64,000 nucleotides of DNA from Giardia intestinalis. Taxonomy: Eukaryota. The DNA lies in assembly GCA_000002435.2 (NCBI GenBank), contig CM018793.1; one strand, written 5' to 3'. The notes below the pieces were generated by a model. It was not told the origin of the DNA, did no database searches, and saw nothing but the letters and a program-made list of their open reading frames with translations. The position numbers and the translations under genes were made by a program. The stretch's first letter is position 1. Each line of letters opens with the position of its first letter. Of the stretch, positions 39,471-46,554 are shown piece after piece.

Positions 39471-41186
39471 GTGATATGCACAACAGCCAGTAACGGAGTA
39501 TGCACTGCTTGTAATACAGCTAACGGCCTGTTCAAGAACCCAGCTACAGCACCGAAGTCTGGTAGTGAGTGCATCCTGTGCTGGGATACCAAGGGAGCAG
39601 ATGGATATACGGGGGTGGCTAACTGCGCCACATGTACGGCACCAGCTAGTAGTCCAGGACCTGCCACGTGTACTGAGTGCAAGGCTGGGTACGTTACGAA
39701 GGACAGTGCATGTGAGAAGTGCCAAGGGAACTGTGCCACCTGTGAGACTGAGGCGACCCACTGTACCTCTTGTAAGGGAAATACGTTCCTGAAGACTGAT
39801 ACTAACACTTGCGTAGAGGCTGGTCAATGCACTGGAAATAAGTACCCCGACCCAAGCACCGGCAAGTGCACAGCTTGTAACGCTCAAGAAGTGGGGATAG
39901 ATGGATGCGACACATGTGAGTATGATACGACGCTGCAGAAGCCGAAGTGCCTGACCTGTACTGGTAAGATAGTCAAGGAAGAGGCCGACGGGACGACCAC
40001 CTGCATTGCTGAGGGGGCTTGTACCCAAAACGGGAACGATGGTCCGAACTTTCTAACTGAACCGAACAAAAAGTGCATTCTCTGCAATAACACTGCAGAT
40101 TCAACCCCTGGCAATACAGGTGTTCTTGGTTGTAGCACATGCTCTAAAGCTAATTCTGGTACAAATCCTCAGTGCAAGACATGCCTCGACGGATACTACA
40201 ATAGCGCAAATAGTGGTAGTGGTACCGCTACATGCACAGTCTGTGGCGAGAATTGCGCCACCTGCACTCAAGCTGGCAATAATCAGTGTACTAAATGCAA
40301 GCCTGGATTCTTCATGAAAGGCAGTGGTCCTACTGGTGAGTGCCTTCCTTGTGATAATGCACAGGAGGGCATCGATGGATGTGCTGAGTGCACTGGTCCT
40401 GCAGGATCCCTCAAGTGTACAAAGTGCAAGCCTAACAGGAAGCCCGTTGGAACCTCAGACAACTATACATGCACAGAGAAGACCTGCGAGGATGAGACTG
40501 CGTGTGGGGGTACCTCTGGTGCCTGTGATGCCATGATAATAGATGATAAGGGCAATGCAAAGCACTACTGTTCCTACTGTGGGGATAGTACTAAGTTCCC
40601 CATTGATGGACTATGTGTCAGTACTGGTAGCAATGCAAATGGTAATACTTGTACCAGTCATACATGTACATCATGTGCTGCTAACTACTTCCTCTATATG
40701 AACGGCTGTTATAGTGTATCAGCTCAACCTGGCAACTACATGTGCAAGAAAGCAGATAATAATGGGATATGCACAGAGGCGGCCAACAATAAGTACTTCA
40801 TAGTCCCAGGGGCATCCAATCAGAATCAGTCTGTACTAGCATGTGGTAACCCCCTAGGCACACTAGTAGATACTAAGGCATACGTGGGGGTCGAGGGCTG
40901 CTCTCAGTGTACAGCCCCGACAGCTCTAACAACAGCTGGCATGACCGCTGCTGTGTGTACCTCTTGTGGTGAGAGTAAGAAGCCCAACAAGGATGGCACT
41001 GGGTGTGTGCTGTGCTCTGTGGGTGATTGCAAGAGCTGTGTGATGGATAATATATGTGGGGAGTGCAACAGTGGCTTCAGCATAGACAATGGTAAGTGCG
41101 TGTCCTCTGGCAGTAATAGGAGCGGGCTCTCCACGGGGGCCATCGCGGGGATCTCCGTGGCTGGTCTCGTTGGGCTTCTGTGTTAG
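39471..41186 (+). CDS. VSP-family cassette, array unit 7: divergent 3' end, truncated TM segment, no CRGKA tail
   Basis: Identical to unit 4 until ~40950. It then diverges (CTSCGESKKPNKDGTGCVLCSVGDCKSCVMDNICGECNSGFSIDNGKCVSSGSNRSGLSTGAIAGISVAGLVGLLC*). The array ends here and runs into GC-rich DNA. Confidence 0.7.
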   Translation: MICTTASNGVCTACNTANGLFKNPATAPKSGSECILCWDTKGADGYTGVANCATCTAPASSPGPATCTECKAGYVTKDSACEKCQGNCATCETEATHCTSCKGNTFLKTDTNTCVEAGQCTGNKYPDPSTGKCTACNAQEVGIDGCDTCEYDTTLQKPKCLTCTGKIVKEEADGTTTCIAEGACTQNGNDGPNFLTEPNKKCILCNNTADSTPGNTGVLGCSTCSKANSGTNPQCKTCLDGYYNSANSGSGTATCTVCGENCATCTQAGNNQCTKCKPGFFMKGSGPTGECLPCDNAQEGIDGCAECTGPAGSLKCTKCKPNRKPVGTSDNYTCTEKTCEDETACGGTSGACDAMIIDDKGNAKHYCSYCGDSTKFPIDGLCVSTGSNANGNTCTSHTCTSCAANYFLYMNGCYSVSAQPGNYMCKKADNNGICTEAANNKYFIVPGASNQNQSVLACGNPLGTLVDTKAYVGVEGCSQCTAPTALTTAGMTAAVCTSCGESKKPNKDGTGCVLCSVGDCKSCVMDNICGECNSGFSIDNGKCVSSGSNRSGLSTGAIAGISVAGLVGLLC

Positions 41187-41804
41187 TGATGACTACTGGC
41201 CCGGGGTGGGCATCCGCTGTCCATCCGCCCGGTGCTGCTACGTGCCCGTGGAGGTCTGGACGCCCGCTGCAACCAGGGTGGAGAGAGTCGGCGCTGCGGC
41301 ACCCCCGCTGGGTCTCGCCGTGAGTGAGGGCAGAAGCTCTCGGGGGCCCCGGGGGCAATGCCTGATGTGCAGAGCAGTGGACAGCTCAGCCGTGGATTTA
41401 AAATAGCGCGTCGCTCGATGGCGCTCCCCGGCCTGCCGAAGCAGCGGGTGCTCGACTGCGTAGCATAGGCGCCGAACCACGCCTGCAGCCGTGGGAGGCC
41501 GGCGCAGCATGGGCGGTCCCTGCACAGGGTGGCTCGGACCCGCCACCCGGCCGTTGCGTGCAGGCACCGCCCACTCGGTCCGCTCGGCTGGCCTCTGCAA
41601 AAGACCGGCACACGGAGTGGCAGGACCTGTGCACCCCCGAGGGACAGGGGCTCGACTCGCCCTCTGAGGATCGCTCCGTGCCGACTCCGGGCCCGCCGTT
41701 CGACCACGCGGAGGCCGGGCATCCGGGAGCCTCCACAGCAGAGGTAGTGTGGCGGATCCTTGCTGATTCGGACACATTAAAAACTTGTATCCTCAAGGAT
41801 TCAC

Positions 41805-44303
41805 ATGAGGGTTCTCATCCTTCTTCTTCTGCACGGTATTTTCTCAGAGTGCACCCAGGACAGCGACTGCGGGGGTGCGACCGGCGTCTGCAACGTCACG
41901 ATCGGCGGCAAGAAGTACTGCTCCAAGTGCGACGGAGCGCGGGTCCCCGTCAACGGAGACTGCAGGCTGCTGAGCCTCTCGCGGGGTATATGCATAGTGC
42001 CCACGGGCAGCAACCCCACTCCGGGCTCCTGCTCGGGCTGCATCCGGGACTTCCTCTTCTACAGGGGCGGGTGCTACCGCACGGCATCCCTGATCAACGC
42101 CATATGCAAGGAGAAGCACGTCGTCGAGGAGGGGATGTACTGCGGGGCGTGCGCCATCGAGGGCGACGTCCCGATCGACGGGGTGTGCGTGCCGGCTGGG
42201 AGTGCTGCAGGAAACACGTGCGACAAGGGCGTGTGCACAACATGCACAGGCGGCTACTTCCTCCACTACGGGTCGTGCTACAAGTTTGATAGTTCTCCCG
42301 GCAGCATTGTGTGTCCTAATCAAGCTGACACCACTGGCTCTGTCTGCGGCTCTTGCGGATCGAAGTTCGTCAAGAACCCCAGTGCGAGCTCGTCTGCCAC
42401 CTCCTGCCTCGCGTGCTACGGGCTGGACGGGACCCTCTTCTGCGAGCGCTGCCGGATGAACGTGCTCACGGGCGCAGATGTGAAGCCTACCCTCTGCACG
42501 CAGTGCAAAATAGGCTACGTGCCCGTCGACGGCCGGTGCCTCTCCAACTACTCCGCCCTGGCCGCGCTCGCCGGGTGCTCCGACCCCCGGGGCAACGGGC
42601 TCTGCGACGCGTGCTCCTCCGGCTTCATGCTCTTCTACGGGAGCTGCTACTCCGTCGACGGCCCCCTCGCCCAGGCCATCTGCGCGGCCGAGGACCAGAT
42701 CTACGTCAACGGCCGGGTGCTCTGCAAGAGGTGCGCCCAGCCCGACCACTACCCCCTGAACGGCGTCTGCATCGGCCAGAGCTCGGACGGGACCGACGGA
42801 CACACGTGCAGCGGCGGGTCGTGCACGGTCTGCAGCACCAAACAGACCGCAGACAATACCCCCGAGTTCTTCCTGTTCTACAGCGGCTGCTACGACATCA
42901 CCCACCCCATCGGGAAGTCGATCTGCTCCGCTGTAGCTGATGGCGCCTGCACAGCATGCGCGTCCTCGGACTCCTCGAGTGTGATAACCATCACTGCAGA
43001 TGGCCAGTCATCCAAGTGCCTCGCCTGCTGGGACGACACGGTGGGGGGAGTAGCCAACTGCGGGGGCTGCTCGCTCGCCAGTGATGGCCCCGCCAAGGTT
43101 GTGTGCACCAGGTGCTCGGACTCGACGGAGCCCGGCGAGGATGGCGCGTGCCCCCGAGCCCTCCCGCCCGCAACGCCCGAAGGGTGCGCCGTCCAGGGCT
43201 GCCAGGCGTGCTCGAAGGACTCTGCCACGACGTGCGACGCCTGCTTCGAGCCTCTCATCATGAAGGAGGACAAGACGAAGTGCTTCGGGAGCTGCCTGGC
43301 GCTGGGCCCGGGCTACTACAACGCCAGCGGGGCCTGTGCGCGCTGCGTGGAGAACTGTCTCTCCTGCGTAGACGGGACCTCGTGCTCCCGGTGCGCAGAC
43401 GGGTACTACCTCGAGGTGTCCGGCAGCGACTCCTCAACGGGGGCGTGCAGGCCGTGTGCCGCCGGGTGCTCAACGTGTAATGACGGCAGTAGCGCAGGTT
43501 GCACGACGTGTCTCCTCGGATACTACATCGCGGCCGAGGGAAAAAGGCAACCTGGGCAGTGTGTGAAGTGTGACTCTAGTATAGGCGGTTACATGGGCGT
43601 CCAACACTGCATTGTCTGCCGCAGCACCGTGGGGGACGGGGGAGCCAAGAACGTCGTCTGCCAGAAGTGCGAGGACGGGTATCTCAAGGAGACGGACCAG
43701 GGCAAGACCGTCTGCGAGGCGCCCCCGCCCACATGCACCGTGGAGCTGTGCGCTCTGTGCGTGGCCGACGACCCCAATAGATGCGAGCACTGCACGGCCG
43801 GCGCGTACCTCTGCCCGCGGACGGCGACGTGCACGAAGGACTGCGCCAGCTGCGGCGGCTCGATGTACCCCGACGAGGACCTCGGGGAGTGCCAGCCGTG
43901 CGACATCGCGAACTGCCGGGTCTGCGCGACGGGGCTCAAGTGCGAGAGCTGCGCGGAGAGCGCCGTCCCCATCTCCCCGGACGTCTACCACACGGCGTGC
44001 ATGGGCTGCAGCGACACCGGGGGCATGGACGGCTGGGTGGGCCTCGCGGGGTGCACGACCTGCGAGCTGACCGACAAGGGCGGCGGGAGCGTCAACTGCC
44101 TCGACCCTGGCTACTACCGGCGGGGCGGGCTCGGCGGGGGAGCAATCGCCGCCATCGTCATCGTCGTCCTCCTCGTCCTGGCCGTCGCCGGCTTCCTCGT
44201 CTGGTGGTTCGTCTTCAGGAGGGGCGGCCGGCCCAAGCGCGGGGCGAAGTACACGTCGCTCACGCGGGGCGAGTCCTACGACTACCGCCAGTCCCTGATA
44301 TGA
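41805..44303 (+). CDS. high-cysteine membrane protein (HCMP; VSP-like ectodomain, non-VSP cytoplasmic tail)
   Basis: ATG followed by signal peptide MRVLILLLLHGIFSEC. 832 aa with abundant CxxC and GGCY-type motifs (FYRGGCYRT, LHYGSCYKF, LFYGSCYSV, FYSGCYDI). TM helix AIAAIVIVVLLVLAVAGFLVWWFVF. ~30-aa basic tail (RRGGRPKRGAKYTSLTRGESYDYRQSLI) instead of CRGKA. GC-rich codon usage. Confidence 0.85.
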   Translation: MRVLILLLLHGIFSECTQDSDCGGATGVCNVTIGGKKYCSKCDGARVPVNGDCRLLSLSRGICIVPTGSNPTPGSCSGCIRDFLFYRGGCYRTASLINAICKEKHVVEEGMYCGACAIEGDVPIDGVCVPAGSAAGNTCDKGVCTTCTGGYFLHYGSCYKFDSSPGSIVCPNQADTTGSVCGSCGSKFVKNPSASSSATSCLACYGLDGTLFCERCRMNVLTGADVKPTLCTQCKIGYVPVDGRCLSNYSALAALAGCSDPRGNGLCDACSSGFMLFYGSCYSVDGPLAQAICAAEDQIYVNGRVLCKRCAQPDHYPLNGVCIGQSSDGTDGHTCSGGSCTVCSTKQTADNTPEFFLFYSGCYDITHPIGKSICSAVADGACTACASSDSSSVITITADGQSSKCLACWDDTVGGVANCGGCSLASDGPAKVVCTRCSDSTEPGEDGACPRALPPATPEGCAVQGCQACSKDSATTCDACFEPLIMKEDKTKCFGSCLALGPGYYNASGACARCVENCLSCVDGTSCSRCADGYYLEVSGSDSSTGACRPCAAGCSTCNDGSSAGCTTCLLGYYIAAEGKRQPGQCVKCDSSIGGYMGVQHCIVCRSTVGDGGAKNVVCQKCEDGYLKETDQGKTVCEAPPPTCTVELCALCVADDPNRCEHCTAGAYLCPRTATCTKDCASCGGSMYPDEDLGECQPCDIANCRVCATGLKCESCAESAVPISPDVYHTACMGCSDTGGMDGWVGLAGCTTCELTDKGGGSVNCLDPGYYRRGGLGGGAIAAIVIVVLLVLAVAGFLVWWFVFRRGGRPKRGAKYTSLTRGESYDYRQSLI

Positions 44304-44334
44304 CCCAGTAAACGGAGCCGTCAGAGCGGACGGC

Positions 44335-46352
44335 TTGCTCTGCAGCGACTTACAGGGGGCAGGCCAGGCAGCCGTGTCCAGGATGGGCGCGCCCGGCTGT
44401 CCCGGCAGAAGGAGGCGCCGGAAGTGCTCGGAGACGGTGTCCTCCGTGTGCTGCATGCAATCAGGAGGCAAGCACACTCTATTCTACGGCAGCTGCTACA
44501 CGAGCACACCAGCACGGGACGGAAGCTTAGGTAGCCCTCTGTGCTCCGACACAGTCGGGTCCGGTGGATACAGGGGCGCCTCTGGTGTCCAAGCCGCGTG
44601 TCCCCCGTACGTGGCAAAACGGCATCGCCCTGTGTGCTAGGTGCTGCCACACAACAGAGAACAGAAGCGTTTATCCAACCGACCATCATGCCAGCTAAGG
44701 GACCCCGTACTTGTGTCAACGGATACTCACATCCTGCCACAAGACACGCCGCCCTACAGGTGTGGATACTAGGGCCGGCACAGCTCGACCGGGCTTGCTA
44801 TAGGTGCAGAGCAGGCCAGTACGAACTGGAGCATGCGACCATCTGCACAGAGTGTGCGAACAACTCCTGCGCCTGGGAGCGGTGCATGCGCCCTTGCTAG
44901 GGAGAGCTCGTCCCTCGAAGAGATCGCTTTGAGCGCACAAAGGACCAACCAAGGGGCGTGCACAGCCTGCTCCAACTCTGTAAAGCCCTTCCTGCTCTAC
45001 GGCGGCTGCTCCGAGGACAGGCTCTACATCTGCTCAAGACCCTGCTCAGAAAGCGGGTCGAATGCTTGCGAACAGTGGAGCAGTGCTTCCGGGTGGATCT
45101 TCTCTAAGAATGCGGGAGCAATGGAGACCGATATCTGTGCGATGACGCTCCAAATGGGGGCATTTCTGGCTGTGCCACGTGTAGGTACAATAACGGTGTG
45201 ACGTGTACGCGGTGCTCGGCGAGGCACCTCGGGGTGGATGGGAAGTCCTGCAGTGAGAGCTGCAGTGGAGACACTCAAGGAGTGTGCACAAAGGTAGCAG
45301 AGGGGAGCGAGTCAACTGAAGTGTCGTGCCGGTGCGTCTGCAGGATGGGCCTCTACAACAGCTCCGGAACCTGCACACCATGTACGGACTCGTGCGCTGT
45401 CTGCAAGGATGGCAAGTCAACCGGCTGCCAGCAGTGCAGCCCCGGCAAAGTCCTGGAGCCGTCAGTCGTCGCAAACGGTAATGCAAAATGTGTAGATGAG
45501 TGCGCTGTTGGTGACGACTGTGCAGAGTGCGGCATCACCATCGACGGCAGCAGGTACTGCACGCGCTGCAAGGACTCGAATATGTACCCTCTCAACGGGG
45601 TGTGTATTCCGAACACACAAAAAGACGCGTACTGCACCAACAAGGCAAATGGTGCTTGTACTACATGCTCAGGAGCGGCCTTCCTGATGAACGGGGGCTG
45701 CTACACAACGGAGCACTATCCAGGAAGCACTATCTGTGACAAACAGGCAGGCGGGAAGTGTGAGAAGACCAAGAAGGAGTACGGGATATCGGACGATGGA
45801 AAGCTGCTGGAGTGCGACCCGACATGTCTGGGGTGCACCGCCCCTGGCCCCGGCCGCTGCACCAGGTGCCCCTCTGACAAGCTCCTGAAGAGGGCCTCAG
45901 GTGCCGCCACCGGGAGCTGCATTGACCCCAACGCCTGTGTAGACGGGTACTATGCAGACGGAGACGCGTGCCTGCCCTGCGCCACTCCGGGGTGCAAGAC
46001 CTGCGGGCATGCCTCCTTCTGCACAGAGTGCGCGGGGGAGCTCTTCGTGAGCCTGGACGGGCAGTCGTGCCTGGGGGAGTGCACCGGGGACAAGGTGGTG
46101 GGAGAGGTGCCCGGTGGCGTGCGGAGGTGCTGGTGCGAGCGGGGTTTCCTGCCGGCGCTGGACAGATCCGAGTGTGTGCTCCCAACCGAGTGTCCCCCTG
46201 ACATGCCATCGTGTGCTGCCTGCGATACGTCGGGTAGGTGCCTCTTGTGTGCCGCCTCGAATCATAACATCCAGACAGATCAGCGGACATGTGCAGAAGG
46301 GTGCGGTGCCAGGGCCTCATCGAACCAGGGGGTGTGTCACAAAAACTCTTAG
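44335..46352 (+). pseudogene. HCMP/VSP-like cysteine-rich pseudogene (frame-shifted, no signal peptide, no TM/tail)
   Basis: Cys-rich coding signal hops between frames. Frame 1 44335-44640 has GKHTLFYGSCYTS. Frame 0 44541-44900 has ICTECANNSCA. Frame 1 44833-45201 has ACTACSNSVKPFLLYGGCSED. Frame 0 from ~45108 has ECGSNGDRYLCDDAPNGGISGCATC and runs to 46352 (..NGGCYTTEHYPGSTICD..). The final 384-codon ORF ends without TM or tail. Confidence 0.55.
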
Positions 46353-46554
46353 CAGGTTCCTCGAGTGGCATGAATAGGAAGACAGGCTATTGTGAGGCCA
46401 CTCGGATCACATCACCAGATGTTTAGTTGCTCGATAACATTGATATTTTCTGCAGACATGCAAGCGAATCGTTAGTGGCTGCTAATAAATGTAGGACTTA
46501 GTGGTGGTAAAAGATCGTCAGTTGAATAGAATACGTCAATAGCATTGGTACATG

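Larger units (their letters stand above)
28530..41186. repeat. direct tandem repeat, unit 1835 bp, ~6.9 copies (VSP cassette array)
   Basis: ORF starts at 30296, 32131, 33966, 35801, 37636 and 39471 are exactly 1835 bp apart. Identical ORF sets recur on both strands in every unit. Homology with unit 1 begins at ~28530 (..DICTAASNGVCTECNT..). Confidence 0.95.

Noticed and set aside
29894-40028. 319-codon minus-strand ORFs (MGTSPLSNAGGRPVGLF...), plus 133-, 84-, 75-, 70- and 65-codon side ORFs repeated in every VSP unit
   Set aside because: They are antisense or out-of-frame to Cys-rich coding sequence. TGY/GGN-rich sense codons leave the complementary strand stop-free. The products are low-complexity and show no protein-like features. 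They are counted only as evidence that the antisense strand is open, not as genes.
28230-41186. CRISPR array or prokaryotic repeat interpretation of the 1835-bp periodicity
   Set aside because: Units are 1.8-kb protein-coding cassettes, not 25-40-bp repeats with spacers. The whole window has eukaryotic gene structure.
41805-44303. Calling the 832-aa cysteine-rich gene a VSP
   Set aside because: It has the VSP-like ectodomain and TM, but ends in a ~30-aa basic cytoplasmic tail (..RRGGRPKRGAKYTSLTRGESYDYRQSLI) rather than CRGKA. It is therefore classed as a high-cysteine membrane protein.
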